A DNA stretch of 60,665 nucleotides, taken from a virus. Its lineage: Duplodnaviria > Caudoviricetes. Shown here piece by piece: positions 36,256 through 46,944 of the stretch. The stretch's first letter is position 1; every line of letters starts with the position of its first letter. The notes under the pieces were generated by a model, which saw only the letters and a program-made list of their open reading frames with translations, was not told the DNA's origin and searched no databases. A program made the translations under genes and the position numbers. The DNA lies in the IMG/VR virus record IMGVR_UViG_3300042923_000927, positions 1 through 60,665 of that record. One strand, written 5' to 3'.

Positions 36256-39200
36256 TTATACCTCCTCATTATAAGAAACTTTCGTTATCTCAATGGATGA
36301 GGTATAACCGAAGTTTTCATCGGTATAAGGCAAACGAGAAATAACCCCGAACATCATCTCTCCCCGACCATCCCGATAGCACAGGATTGCTTTACGTTTT
36401 ATCAGAGATATTAGATTATTGAGCTCTAGTTTATCCCTTTTCATGTCGATTGAGAAGGTGATTGATGAAATCTCGGACCTCCCGAATTCGACCACAGGAG
36501 CTTCCCTGCCTTGGAACTGCATCATGGCCGATTCTGGTTCCCACGAATGACTCTTTCCTCCGCCATCATATGAGAATGATTTGATCGTTCCTGCCGGGTC
36601 GGTGACATCATACAAAATGACCCCGGAAAAGTTAACCGTACCCGTTTCGACATCAGATTCTGCGGGAGCCCCATTAGATCCTACGGCAACTACTTTATAT
36701 TCGTAGGTTACCCCAGATTTAACGGTGTAATCATTGAATGATGATGGGACAGCCACATTTCTTCCTGCTAAATGTACTTCAAGATTGAAGAAATCGGTAT
36801 TAATGGTAGATGGTATTGTTCCGTTTGAAGCGTCAGCGTAGGCGAGATAATGGACGAATCCGTTATTATCTAAAATGCTGGCAATTGGAGAATTACTAGA
36901 GCCTGATAATTTCCCGACTGTCGAAAGCGCGTGACTTCCGAAATTGAACCAAGAGTTTCCCGTATTGCTCCAAACGGAAAAGTATGCCTTATTTCCTGCC
37001 GGACCGCTACCGAATACCCATGCATTTCCAACTAGTTTAGAGATATTAGCCTTCAACCACGTTATCCGCTCTGCTACTGTCGCCATGGGGCCAAACGTAG
37101 CCACCCCGTATTCTCGGATAAGGTGTTCGATAAGATTTATAGATGAAAGTTGTTGAGCTAATTGTAGATTGGCCGCACCTACGGTTGTTGCATATAGTCC
37201 ATTGATTGAAGCTAGATTATTGATAACACTCTGGGCGCTTTCATAGAAATTTGCTGATCCGTCTATTATAGGTGGGAGTAGAGCTGTGGCTCCTCCTCTT
37301 GCTGCGAATCTATTGGCATTTTCTACCACACTACCAGAAACTTTACCGATGAAATCTGCCTCGCTTACAAATGACCCTGACACGTACTGCCATGTGCTAA
37401 TTGGTACTTGGGTGGCTATCCGCACCCAGTCCTGTTCACCTTGCTCCCGTCGATAAATGTCATTATATTGGGTTGTAGGATCGCTGCTCGCCCAGTTTGT
37501 AATCGAAACCCGGTTGTATAATCCAAAAGGCTGAATGACAACGTCTGGGGCTGGGGGGGCAATGTAAGAGATATTGATCCACACTTCTGCGGCATTACTG
37601 GCAATACCTTTGTCATTGTATGCGGTCACCGATATGCGGTATTGCTGACCATTTCCTAAAACGTTCCCAGTAGTAGCACTGCGGGCGGATGGATTGGAGA
37701 TTAGACCACTGTCCCAAACCGTCGTTCCTGATACATCGAACACTTTAACCTGGTATTGAGACTGGGGAAAAGCTCCAGGATCGGAGAATGACCAGTTAAT
37801 CACAGTTGAAGGTGTTTGAATAACTTGATTGGAAGTTGGGTTGGTGATTGATACCACAGGAGATGCCGCTGTCCAGAATGTGGCATAACTGCTCCATGGT
37901 CCTACCTCATCATAACTATCCCACGTTCTAACGCGCCATTGGTATTGCTGACCGTTTACGAGCAGGTTAGCAGGAGCCGAATAGGCCTGAGTAGATCCGG
38001 ACATCTTCCCAGTACTAATGAGATTACCGTCGGATACCCTTCTAATCTCGACCTCTGCGGCTGCTTGAACGTCCCCGGCATTCACGTCAGAAAATGCCCA
38101 TGTGTAAGTAGCTGCCAGAGTGGCATTGTAGTTACTCCGAGTCAAGTTTATTGGAGCAGCAGGAGCATGATTAATGAAAGTCCAATTACATATCAATGCT
38201 CCTCCTTGAATGTACCCGAAGAACCTGGTGTCATCACATACTGCCGGGGCATTGTACGATCCAGCAGAAGAAGAGATTAATACAGCAGAACCCCAAGATC
38301 CACCATACGGACGGGTGATGGTGTACAGATTGGATGCGGCCAAAAATACTGCCGTTATTGCCCCAGTGTAATCCAATATAGAGTTGGGGATCATGATTTG
38401 CTTATTATCTCCAGTGTAAATCGTTCCTCCATCGATAGTATTAAATGAGTCAGATGAGGAATAAACCTTTACTAGATATGAGGTTCCGCTGCTGTCGCTG
38501 GCCGATCCGTAGAAGACCCACATCATCCCGTCAGAATCCCTGATTAACCCTCCGACATATGGATATACCCCGAATATTCCATCTAATACGAATTTGTACT
38601 TCCAAGTTGGAAAGTCAGGAGGAGATGATCCACTAACAATGGCAGGAGAGGCTACTACAGCTTGACCCGATGACCCCCCATTGTAAGTATAGGCAACAAC
38701 TGGGATTCCATTTGCATTGGTACTGATGTCAAATGACGTGATGCTGTTTGAACTGGATGCTGACGTTATCCGGAGCATTGTAGTCCAAGTATTACCACCG
38801 TCACTAGATGACCCATACAAGAGCTCCCGGCGATTGAATGAATCACTGAAGCTGGTTCCATTCGGGGATAAAACAGCTAGAAGGTGGTATACTCCATTAG
38901 GACCTTTGTGAATGGCGGTTCCCCCGAAAGTAACGTCTGATCGATTGGAGTCTCGGGTTATTATCGGACCACGTTTGCTGGCATGACCCCATTGATTGGA
39001 ATTGGCCACGGTAGTGCAATCAACTTTGAGGAAGTAAACGTAGTTGTCTCCTCCTTCTTGTCCGGAACCTCCACCATCGGTATAATTCCACAGAATCATG
39101 CTGATAAGCATGTTGTTCCCGTCCACATCTATTCGAGGTGTTGTCCATCCAAATCCGCCATCAGTACCAGAGGGAGCAGACGGAGTAATAGAGAACATTT

Positions 39201-40047
39201 GGGACCACGTTTGACCTTTATCTGTGGACTTATAGAAGTTGGTTTGACCCGCGCCTCCGGTGGTTCCTGCGGATGCAACGCATACCAACCAACCGTTGGA
39301 CAATCTTGCCATGGTTCTTCCGGAGTATGATCCGATAGTTACAGAAGCCGCCACAGTTACTGTCGGATCGATGATGATCGGATACACCTGCTGGCTGCTG
39401 GTCATCCATTCGTTGTCGACTACAACACTGAACTCCAGAATTCCCCCTTCGTTCAAGGCAACTTGGTATCCTCCTGCGGTAACGTTTCTGGCGGGAACCT
39501 TGCTGTCGTAAACTACAATTTCCGGGAGTGAGAATACGATCCGGTCATTTTCGTCGATGATGTCAATTGCTTTGTCAGTGGTAAATGGTCCAACGATTAC
39601 CATCCCGTCGGTTCTCACCCGAAGATTTTCGGAGAATGAGAGCCTTCCACCTACGGCGAACTTTATATTGCCGCTTAACCATGGCATAGGATCCCGATGG
39701 AATCCTTGAACCAAGATTTGGTGTTTCAGAGAGTCATTCTCTTGGATAAACCAATCGTCAATGTCAGGCATGGATCTATTATACCGAACGTAATTAGCCT
39801 TTGCTTCCACAGGAACGTCCTGAACGGTATATACGAGGTCTTCCATCCCAAACTCATCAACGTATTTGATTCCAGAGGGAACCCATGTGATTTCTTCACC
39901 GCCATTGGCAATAACTACCCTATTTCCTTCCTGGTAAAACCGGGAGCAGGTAAGGTTATTACCTGCCTCATAATACTCCCCGGATTCGTTTAGTCTGATG
40001 GTATTATCCATCTCTAAGCCGTTTATATTACCAATTACTGATGACAT
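36256..40047 (-). CDS. Large tail protein (Asp-box propeller, FN3/Ig repeats, C-terminal Dit-like domain)
   Basis: YKSTDKGQTW and SSDGGNTW Asp-boxes; YQWRVRTWD FN3; position after the tape measure gene. Confidence 0.75.
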   Translation of the reverse strand: MSSVIGNINGLEMDNTIRLNESGEYYEAGNNLTCSRFYQEGNRVVIANGGEEITWVPSGIKYVDEFGMEDLVYTVQDVPVEAKANYVRYNRSMPDIDDWFIQENDSLKHQILVQGFHRDPMPWLSGNIKFAVGGRLSFSENLRVRTDGMVIVGPFTTDKAIDIIDENDRIVFSLPEIVVYDSKVPARNVTAGGYQVALNEGGILEFSVVVDNEWMTSSQQVYPIIIDPTVTVAASVTIGSYSGRTMARLSNGWLVCVASAGTTGGAGQTNFYKSTDKGQTWSQMFSITPSAPSGTDGGFGWTTPRIDVDGNNMLISMILWNYTDGGGSGQEGGDNYVYFLKVDCTTVANSNQWGHASKRGPIITRDSNRSDVTFGGTAIHKGPNGVYHLLAVLSPNGTSFSDSFNRRELLYGSSSDGGNTWTTMLRITSASSSNSITSFDISTNANGIPVVAYTYNGGSSGQAVVASPAIVSGSSPPDFPTWKYKFVLDGIFGVYPYVGGLIRDSDGMMWVFYGSASDSSGTSYLVKVYSSSDSFNTIDGGTIYTGDNKQIMIPNSILDYTGAITAVFLAASNLYTITRPYGGSWGSAVLISSSAGSYNAPAVCDDTRFFGYIQGGALICNWTFINHAPAAPINLTRSNYNATLAATYTWAFSDVNAGDVQAAAEVEIRRVSDGNLISTGKMSGSTQAYSAPANLLVNGQQYQWRVRTWDSYDEVGPWSSYATFWTAASPVVSITNPTSNQVIQTPSTVINWSFSDPGAFPQSQYQVKVFDVSGTTVWDSGLISNPSARSATTGNVLGNGQQYRISVTAYNDKGIASNAAEVWINISYIAPPAPDVVIQPFGLYNRVSITNWASSDPTTQYNDIYRREQGEQDWVRIATQVPISTWQYVSGSFVSEADFIGKVSGSVVENANRFAARGGATALLPPIIDGSANFYESAQSVINNLASINGLYATTVGAANLQLAQQLSSINLIEHLIREYGVATFGPMATVAERITWLKANISKLVGNAWVFGSGPAGNKAYFSVWSNTGNSWFNFGSHALSTVGKLSGSSNSPIASILDNNGFVHYLAYADASNGTIPSTINTDFFNLEVHLAGRNVAVPSSFNDYTVKSGVTYEYKVVAVGSNGAPAESDVETGTVNFSGVILYDVTDPAGTIKSFSYDGGGKSHSWEPESAMMQFQGREAPVVEFGRSEISSITFSIDMKRDKLELNNLISLIKRKAILCYRDGRGEMMFGVISRLPYTDENFGYTSSIEITKVSYNEEV

Positions 40048-40059
40048 GTTTCCACCCCT

Positions 40060-40362
40060 TTACTCTTGGCTTAAAGTCAATTGTCCCATTTCAGAGGTCG
40101 TGACCGTCAGCAGCGAACCGTCCTGCATTCCATACGTAACCGTAGCGGGCCGATTAACCCAAGGAACTCCATTGATGTACCAAGTTTTTAATGGAACGTA
40201 ATATGTGTGCGTAAATGTATTGTGGGAAATGCTGAAAATCTTAACCAGCTCTACAGGAACGACAGCTACGTTTTGGTCATCAGGATACAAATTGGTTTGT
40301 CCACCCCGAAGTTTGCTTCCATCCGGTAATTGGGCTTGCCACATCGTTGCTTGATAATCCAT
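40060..40362 (-). CDS. Hypothetical tail-region protein
   Basis: AGGAGG RBS; between the tape measure and large tail genes. Confidence 0.7.
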   Translation of the reverse strand: MDYQATMWQAQLPDGSKLRGGQTNLYPDDQNVAVVPVELVKIFSISHNTFTHTYYVPLKTWYINGVPWVNRPATVTYGMQDGSLLTVTTSEMGQLTLSQE

Positions 40363-40374
40363 TGAAATTCCTCC

Positions 40375-43300
40375 TTAGAATGATCGAATTGGTTGGGACA
40401 TTGTAGATCCGATAATTGGGATAGTCTTCTCTGCTACTTTCTCGCTGTCGATCTGAGTAACTACCGTAACCGATTTCAATGAAGATTCCTTTATGGCATC
40501 GGTTATAGCTTTGGTCATTTGCCCGCTGCTGTTTGCTGCAGATTTTTGGGCAGCTGATTGTGGGGCCACATTTCCTAAGTTTAATCCCGATGTCTGAGCG
40601 GCCACTTCCTGTTGACGAACCAGGAGCTCTTCCATGTCTCTTTGGGCTTTGTCGAAGGCTTCCTGAGCTTCCCGTCTTCTACGTTCGATCTCGGCTAGTT
40701 CCTGCTTGCGACGTTCTTCCTCGGCGGCTATCTCCTTATCGATACCGTCAACCTTATCGTCTGCAGCTTGGTTTGCTGCATCGATCGCATCCCTGATGGC
40801 GTTTTTCTGATCTTCGATCTCCCAATCCCTAAGCTGCTCGCCCCATGACTCCCGCTCATCCCTGATCTGACGTTCTAATGAAGCAATTTCAGAAGCAAAC
40901 TTATCTGCTCCTTGCTCCGTGTACCATGCAATTTGATCTTGTAAAGCTTTAACTCTCTCATTGAATTTATCGGTTTCTTTCGCCCGATCTTCCTGTTCGA
41001 CTAGCTTATCCAAAGCCTTGATTTGCTCATTGTATAAATCCAGCTGGCGTTGCAGTTCATCATTGACCTGTTTAATCTGGTCTCTTAATGATTCAATTCG
41101 GGCATCTGACCTGTCATTAACCTCATCGGCGGCCGCATCCAGAGCGTCATTCAATTCGGATAATTGCTTCTCGGCAGCATCCACAGCTTTGTCGGCTTCG
41201 GCTTCGAGGTCAGCTATGCGTTTTTCATGGATCTCCTTTTGGACTCGGTAAACTTCCCGGTCAATGGCGATCCTTTCCTCAGAACCGGATTTGTACCTTA
41301 ACGACATCCTTTTCCATGCCGCCAATTCTTCCTCCAGACCTAGTTGGTTATAGTATTTCCTCTCGTCAATCCATCTAACGGAGGACTCATAACCTTCACG
41401 ATATACCTGATCGGTTAATCCTTTAATCTGGAGGAGTATGTCCCTTTCATCGCTTAGATTTTCATCCAGATATGACTTATGGGCTGTCAGTACTTTCTGA
41501 TATGCCGCTATTTTCTGATTAGCGGACCAATCATACATACTGGCCTCATACTCGATACGCCTTATTTCTTCCTCGAATGCGATCTTTCGGGGGTCTTCTA
41601 CTTCCTTTTCGACTTTCGATGCCACATCTTCAGCTTTCGGGATGTCGCCTAATCCTCCGCTGTCTGCTCCTAATCCATCGAACGGATTAGTCTTAGCCCC
41701 ACCGCCTTCAATTTCCGCCAATGCCTTATCGATGTTGTTAAGAGCCACATCAGTTTGATTGAGCTGCTCATTAAGCTCTTTAAGTTTTTCGGCTTTAAGA
41801 GCTTCCTCGATAGTTGGGCTGACGGAAGGGAACCGTTCATTCAGATTATTGAGTCGGTCGGCCGTACTCTGGAATGCACTGTTGTCGGTTCTGACGTTAC
41901 CCCTAAACCTCGGATCGGTTTGAGCAGTAATAACTTCCTTCTCCTCATTAGCCAAAGCTTTATGAGCTTTCGCCAGATTTAGAAGGTTATTGATTTGGGT
42001 ACGGATTTGCTCTGCTTGAGCTGTGGTTGTGGTTCTGAGATTCTGTAGATAGGCTTTCAAACCTTCCGAAGCATTCTTAACCCATTCCTTATCGGTAGAA
42101 ATCCGGCTTCGGAGAACTTCGGTATTATGGATAATCATCCTACCTTCCAAATCTCTTGCAACCTGTAATGATGGATACTGGTTCAACAACTGCATTACCA
42201 CATCATTTAGCTCTCTTTTCTGATCGGCATTCAGTTTCTCGGCAGCGGTCAGTTCAAAGTACCTGTCTCGGAGCTGTTGGTTAGCTATAACCTGCTGGTT
42301 CTTAACTCCTAACTCCGTTATCTCTGCCTGCCTCAGCTCCAAAATACCATTGACGGAGTTACCGAGCGCAGCGTTCATTTTGTTCAAAACTTCTTGACCT
42401 GTTTTCTGGGTAGTGATATTGAATACGGCCAATTTATCATTGACGTTCTTCAATTCCTTGTTTAACTCACCGAAGGATTTGGCAAGTTTAACCGTATCAC
42501 CTTCTTTATTACCTTGGATGTCCAGTCCTTTTGACATGTTGGCGGCAGCCCGAGCTACCTTTTCCTGCAAATCAGCTTGCTGCACCAGTAACTCATTCAC
42601 AGTCTTGATGTCGGTTTCGAGTTCCGATACCTCGAGAGAACTTCTTTCCAGTGGATTCTCCCTCAGTTTCTCATTTAATTCGGTTAAACTTTGGGCGAAT
42701 ACGAATGACTCTCTAGCTGCCCGGTCAGCCGCATCAGCATAAGCTCCGGTTTGGAAGGCCGCAATGCCCGCTAGGGTCGCTATAGCCATGAATGCTATGC
42801 GTACGGGTCCAATGACAGCCAGGAAGGAACCTTGGGCCAATGTGGCTCCTGCTACGGCTACTTTATAAGCGCCCCATAGTTTCGTAATGGTTCCGATGAC
42901 TTTCATTGATATGAAGCCAGCGACTACTGCAGCGACCACAGGTGCGATCGTACTCCAGTTGTCTTTGACCCCTTTTGCGAAATCAATAGCTCCTAGAGCG
43001 AACTCTTTAATGGTTTCATAGGCATCAGATATTTTATCCCCCATATCCTCAGCCCACCTGCTTAAATCACCGCTAGCTCTAAGCTCATCGAATCTCTTAA
43101 TGAGCAGTCCCATGTCATCTACCAATCCACCAAATAGGGACTTGGTAAGATCACCTAGAGTTATAGTCAAGCTGTCCTTCAGTATGTTAGTCATACCTAT
43201 GAAAGTCTTCGACTGCTCTTCCATGGCACCTGCATACCGTTTTTGTAAACCCTCAAGTAGTGCTGGTAGTCCTTCACTAGCAAGAAACTTACCATTCTCG

Positions 43301-43908
43301 GCCATTTTCATGAGCTCAGCTTTGCTTTTCCCAAGGCTTTCTGACATCAAATCCCATGCCGCGATTCCTCGTTCTGCTAACTGGTTCATTTCCTCGGCGG
43401 ATATTTTACCCTTTGTCAACATTTGACCGATAGCCAGAGTGACCCCTTTTAAGGTTTCCTCATTACCACCTATTGCTGCAACCGCATCACCCAGAACCAA
43501 TAGCGCTGGTTGGATCTGATTTGCTGCGAATCCCATTGCAAGAAGCAGTTTTGCGGAGTTCTGGAGTCCCACAAACTCATACGGAGTATCTCGGGCCGTC
43601 TTTTGCAGGTCTTTTATCATCTGGTTTGCGGCTTCCGCCGACCCGAGTAAAGTCTCAAAGGCTACTTGTGACTGTTCCCCCAATGCATTAAATTCGATAC
43701 CAGCAGCTATTGCCCCAGTTGCCAGTGCCGCCATTGCTGCTGCCGCTATTCCTAACCACAGCTTTGCTGAGCTAGCAATGGATTCGAAGTCTCTTTTGGC
43801 CTGTTTTGACAGTTTATCCAATTCTTGTCTTGAGGTTCTCATCCCAGCCAGGAACTGACCCATGTCTACTCTTAATGATGCGAATAACGTTCCTACGCTT
43901 AATGCCAT
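40375..43908 (-). CDS. Tail tape measure protein
   Basis: Tape_meas-like FETLLGSAEAA...TPYE...GKISAEEMNQLAERGI; long coiled coils. Confidence 0.92.
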   Translation of the reverse strand: MALSVGTLFASLRVDMGQFLAGMRTSRQELDKLSKQAKRDFESIASSAKLWLGIAAAAMAALATGAIAAGIEFNALGEQSQVAFETLLGSAEAANQMIKDLQKTARDTPYEFVGLQNSAKLLLAMGFAANQIQPALLVLGDAVAAIGGNEETLKGVTLAIGQMLTKGKISAEEMNQLAERGIAAWDLMSESLGKSKAELMKMAENGKFLASEGLPALLEGLQKRYAGAMEEQSKTFIGMTNILKDSLTITLGDLTKSLFGGLVDDMGLLIKRFDELRASGDLSRWAEDMGDKISDAYETIKEFALGAIDFAKGVKDNWSTIAPVVAAVVAGFISMKVIGTITKLWGAYKVAVAGATLAQGSFLAVIGPVRIAFMAIATLAGIAAFQTGAYADAADRAARESFVFAQSLTELNEKLRENPLERSSLEVSELETDIKTVNELLVQQADLQEKVARAAANMSKGLDIQGNKEGDTVKLAKSFGELNKELKNVNDKLAVFNITTQKTGQEVLNKMNAALGNSVNGILELRQAEITELGVKNQQVIANQQLRDRYFELTAAEKLNADQKRELNDVVMQLLNQYPSLQVARDLEGRMIIHNTEVLRSRISTDKEWVKNASEGLKAYLQNLRTTTTAQAEQIRTQINNLLNLAKAHKALANEEKEVITAQTDPRFRGNVRTDNSAFQSTADRLNNLNERFPSVSPTIEEALKAEKLKELNEQLNQTDVALNNIDKALAEIEGGGAKTNPFDGLGADSGGLGDIPKAEDVASKVEKEVEDPRKIAFEEEIRRIEYEASMYDWSANQKIAAYQKVLTAHKSYLDENLSDERDILLQIKGLTDQVYREGYESSVRWIDERKYYNQLGLEEELAAWKRMSLRYKSGSEERIAIDREVYRVQKEIHEKRIADLEAEADKAVDAAEKQLSELNDALDAAADEVNDRSDARIESLRDQIKQVNDELQRQLDLYNEQIKALDKLVEQEDRAKETDKFNERVKALQDQIAWYTEQGADKFASEIASLERQIRDERESWGEQLRDWEIEDQKNAIRDAIDAANQAADDKVDGIDKEIAAEEERRKQELAEIERRRREAQEAFDKAQRDMEELLVRQQEVAAQTSGLNLGNVAPQSAAQKSAANSSGQMTKAITDAIKESSLKSVTVVTQIDSEKVAEKTIPIIGSTMSQPIRSF

Positions 43909-43920
43909 GCCGTCACCCCC

Positions 43921-44145
43921 TTACCAGTTTTTCACATCCATGATGGCGTCTGGCTGATCATCTACTTCCTCCTCATCAGTTCCATGTATCTCTAGGTGTT
44001 TCCCATAAAGAGCATTGAGTCTTCTAGGAGTACATTTCCAGAATTCCTTGTCAGACATTTGTAAGATGACAGTACCGAGGTAGTACAGCCAAACCCAATC
44101 CCACCCGTTATCCTCTTCTTGTTCGGGTGGGTTTACTTGTTTTTT
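43921..44145 (-). CDS. Tail assembly chaperone, -1 frameshift extension (G-T type)
   Basis: Slippery A AAA AAC at 44139-44145 followed by a CCCACCCG/CGGGTGGG stem; the -1 frame encodes WDWVWLYY...EFWKCTPRRL. Confidence 0.8.
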   Translation of the reverse strand, partial: KKQVNPPEQEEDNGWDWVWLYYLGTVILQMSDKEFWKCTPRRLNALYGKHLEIHGTDEEEVDDQPDAIMDVKNW

Positions 44146-44510
44146 GTTTGCTGCCTCCGAGTTGCCCGGTTAGCTTTAGGTTGTGGAATGGATTCCTTCG
44201 CGCTGTTAAAGATGGTCGAGGCAATTACAGACATATCACGAAGGTTACATAATGCCCCTACTTCATTTCTGGTCATTCCCGGATGGTGCTCTTGCATACC
44301 CGCCCACAGTAATGCGATGGTTGCTTTAGCGCTTCCTTTTGTGATCTTTTCGAACAGAACTTCGATGTCTCCGAATTCATCTTCTACGATGGCGAAAGCA
44401 TTCAGGTTAAATTCAACCTTATACAGGTTTCCTTTCAACTCTACTTCTCCATACTGGGCAAGAACATCCCGAACATTGCTGGCTCTCAAAACCTTTTTAT
44501 TCTCTTCCAT
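44133..44510 (-). CDS. Tail assembly chaperone
   Basis: FNLNAF.IVEDEFG...LLWAGM; between major tail and tape measure genes. Confidence 0.8.
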   Translation of the reverse strand: MEENKKVLRASNVRDVLAQYGEVELKGNLYKVEFNLNAFAIVEDEFGDIEVLFEKITKGSAKATIALLWAGMQEHHPGMTRNEVGALCNLRDMSVIASTIFNSAKESIPQPKANRATRRQQTKNK

Positions 44511-44588
44511 GGTTTATCCTCCTCATAGTGGGTAAAACGTAAAAAGGCCTACCGCCATAGCGATAGACCCGTTTGTTTGCCGGAATGT

Positions 44589-45164
44589 TTACTCGATATC
44601 TTCGGCCGTTTCGTTGATCACAATGTCTTTGATCTTATCGCTATTGATGGTAGCGATTGCCGTTCCAGATGCCGTAACAGTTGCATATTCTTCACCACGA
44701 AGCTCATATTGAACCGAGGAAGCTTTGCATTTGTACAGAATCAGGTGGATGTCACCAGCATCAGTGTACAGCGATTGACCCTCCAGTTTGAAGTATTTCG
44801 CGATGTCAGCACCGAGCAAGGAGTAGGTCTTTTTAGCTGCGGGAGTAACCCCAGATTCAGCTACCGTACCGCCAATTAATACTGCCAGAGCATCGAGGGA
44901 CATCAAGACGTTGGAGAAAGACCATCCGATAGTATCCAGTTTGGAATACTTATCTAGTACCTTCTCGTCTCCCCGAAGATCTTTTTCAATAAACGTAGGC
45001 GAGATTTGCAAGCTTACTGCGCCGGGAACGTCAGTTGCCGTTGCATAAGTCAGTGCGGTAGCATCATCCTGCTCCAATTCGAAAATTTTCATGTCATTAA
45101 GACCGAGAATTTTCGTTGTGCCAGTTGGTGCTGCAAACAATTGAATGTCCATCTTCACTTTCAA
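44589..45164 (-). CDS. Major tail protein
   Basis: TTG start after GAGGAG; MDIQLFAA leader; phi13-like GLND...DVPGAVSL...LRGD. Confidence 0.8.
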   Translation of the reverse strand: MKVKMDIQLFAAPTGTTKILGLNDMKIFELEQDDATALTYATATDVPGAVSLQISPTFIEKDLRGDEKVLDKYSKLDTIGWSFSNVLMSLDALAVLIGGTVAESGVTPAAKKTYSLLGADIAKYFKLEGQSLYTDAGDIHLILYKCKASSVQYELRGEEYATVTASGTAIATINSDKIKDIVINETAEDIE

Positions 45165-45180
45165 CCAACTCCTCATTAAT

Positions 45181-45564
45181 TTATTCGTCACCTTTTGACC
45201 ACATTTCAAAATTCAGAGTGAATTCCTGACGTCGGTCGCTGTCTTCTCCAATAAATCTCGGGATGTCCCGGGCTCGGCATATGATCCTTCGGCCATTCAG
45301 TAATGTAGCGAACCTAACAGCTCGGTATACCTCCCATGCTTTCGCATTGGATTGACCGTAACTCTTATTCCTTACTATCACTTGAACAGATCGAATATGG
45401 TCATGCGGAAGCTCAGATGACTGCCCTCCAGTATCGAAGATTGAAATGCAGTTGTCGTAGTTAGTCGGGAGGACTCCAACGAAGATGTCACCTTCAATCC
45501 CCTCTGGGTCGTACTTCCCGAGGTCCCACGTTTGCAGGAATATGGCTAGATCCTCGATAAGCAT
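45181..45564 (-). CDS. Tail terminator / minor capsid-family protein
   Basis: FDTGG, VQVIVR and R.EFTLNF motifs; position. Confidence 0.75.
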   Translation of the reverse strand: MLIEDLAIFLQTWDLGKYDPEGIEGDIFVGVLPTNYDNCISIFDTGGQSSELPHDHIRSVQVIVRNKSYGQSNAKAWEVYRAVRFATLLNGRRIICRARDIPRFIGEDSDRRQEFTLNFEMWSKGDE

Positions 45565-45567
45565 GGA

Positions 45568-45915
45568 CTACCTCCCTATAAACCTCGATACTTTGTCATG
45601 TACGTAGCGCTGCAAGGTGTCCTGATTTTCTTGGAAAGCCAGTTCCACCCATTTACCTCTACGTCCTTTTTGGAAGCGGAATTCGGGATGCTCATGAAGC
45701 CTAACCGCGTAAGGAGTGTTGTAACTGACCGCACCAGAAAGGTTGGACTCATCGAAAGAGGCCAAACCGGATGCCTGAAGAATTCCTTCATCATGTGGAA
45801 CGCCTTTGTTAGCTTCGTCCAACATGAATTCGGTGCAATCTTCAACGGCCTCCCACACTAAATCGCGGATTTGTCCTTCGATAAGAAGGTTGTGGGTAAC
45901 TGATACTCTAGTCAT
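45568..45915 (-). CDS. Neck protein (HK97 gp10/minor capsid-like)
   Basis: VPHDEGILQAS, YNTPYAVRLHE and GKWVE motifs. Confidence 0.8.
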   Translation of the reverse strand: MTRVSVTHNLLIEGQIRDLVWEAVEDCTEFMLDEANKGVPHDEGILQASGLASFDESNLSGAVSYNTPYAVRLHEHPEFRFQKGRRGKWVELAFQENQDTLQRYVHDKVSRFIGR

Positions 45916-46280
45916 GTTAGTACCACCTCCACATGGCTCGTCCGGTTCCCTAACCATTTCAAAGCGATGCAGGTACCGGAATAGTACTCCTGCCCATCAA
46001 TAACGATTATGGACTCGGGTCTGAGGTATGACCCATTGAACCATACCTTACCCAGCTTTTTAAGCTCCTTCCGGTTACCATTGGCATCTCTCCGATTCTC
46101 CGCTGTCTGATGGACTTCATAGTGGCATTTCACCACATATGATCCCTCGTCAGGGTCATGGGAGACAATGGTTAAAGGATCCAAATCTAAAGACCCTCCG
46201 TAAACAGGACCGTATGCGGAACTTCCTTTGTAAGGTTTGACTATTACAGTTTGATTGAGTAGAAAAGAAGGGATATTCAT
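45912..46280 (-). CDS. Head closure / head-tail adaptor
   Basis: IPSFLL.QTV..KPY.GS.AYGPVY; position. Confidence 0.65.
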   Translation of the reverse strand: MNIPSFLLNQTVIVKPYKGSSAYGPVYGGSLDLDPLTIVSHDPDEGSYVVKCHYEVHQTAENRRDANGNRKELKKLGKVWFNGSYLRPESIIVIDGQEYYSGTCIALKWLGNRTSHVEVVLT

Positions 46281-46633
46281 CTCATCTCAACCCCTCTGTA
46301 AAGCAATCCCTCACTAAACAGATACCGTTTCGCCCGTTTACACAGTTTTCCGAAATCAGCATCAACCTTTAGTGTTCCAATGGAGATTCCATTTTTCGGA
46401 TCGATGATCGAGGGCGAGTCATCACCGAGGGTTAGCCAGAATTCAACCTGAGCACAGGTGGCCATTTTCACAGCTTCCACATGGGATGAATTCGAACTAT
46501 CATACTGATTTCTGACCTGGTAGTAGACGTCCTCAGATGCTCTAGAAATCAGCCGAACGGTCATGGCGGGTAAATCCTCCATATTAATGGTTAAATAGGA
46601 AGCAACGTCATTCAGGGTAGCGTAGCTCTCCAT
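46277..46633 (-). CDS. Head-tail connector
   Basis: YAT..DV, RASE, KMATCAQVE and L...GLLYRG motifs. Confidence 0.8.
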   Translation of the reverse strand: MESYATLNDVASYLTINMEDLPAMTVRLISRASEDVYYQVRNQYDSSNSSHVEAVKMATCAQVEFWLTLGDDSPSIIDPKNGISIGTLKVDADFGKLCKRAKRYLFSEGLLYRGVEMR

Positions 46634-46645
46634 TATGAGGCCTCC

Positions 46646-46915
46646 TTATCTACGTCCGCCGTTTGCCTTCTGCTTCAACTTGGTCAGAACGTCCGGTTCT
46701 TGAGCTTCCACATCTTCCGGTTGCTCTTCCTCTTCGTCCTCATCGTCTTCAGGATCGGATGGAGGAGTATTCGGTTCAATCGGTTCATTGGGAGCCACAG
46801 GAGCAGTTGGGTCTTCGATTTGTTCATAATCTTGGCTGTTGACCAAATCCCTGATGCGATCTTCGTTGACGATTTCCCATATCAGACCTGTTTTCTTGTT
46901 TTTGAACCAAGGCAT
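46646..46915 (-). CDS. Small head-associated protein
   Basis: AAGGAAG RBS before MPWFKNKKTG; follows the capsid gene. Confidence 0.65.
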   Translation of the reverse strand: MPWFKNKKTGLIWEIVNEDRIRDLVNSQDYEQIEDPTAPVAPNEPIEPNTPPSDPEDDEDEEEEQPEDVEAQEPDVLTKLKQKANGGRR

Positions 46916-46944
46916 GATTTCTACTTCCTTTCTAAATTTTATTT

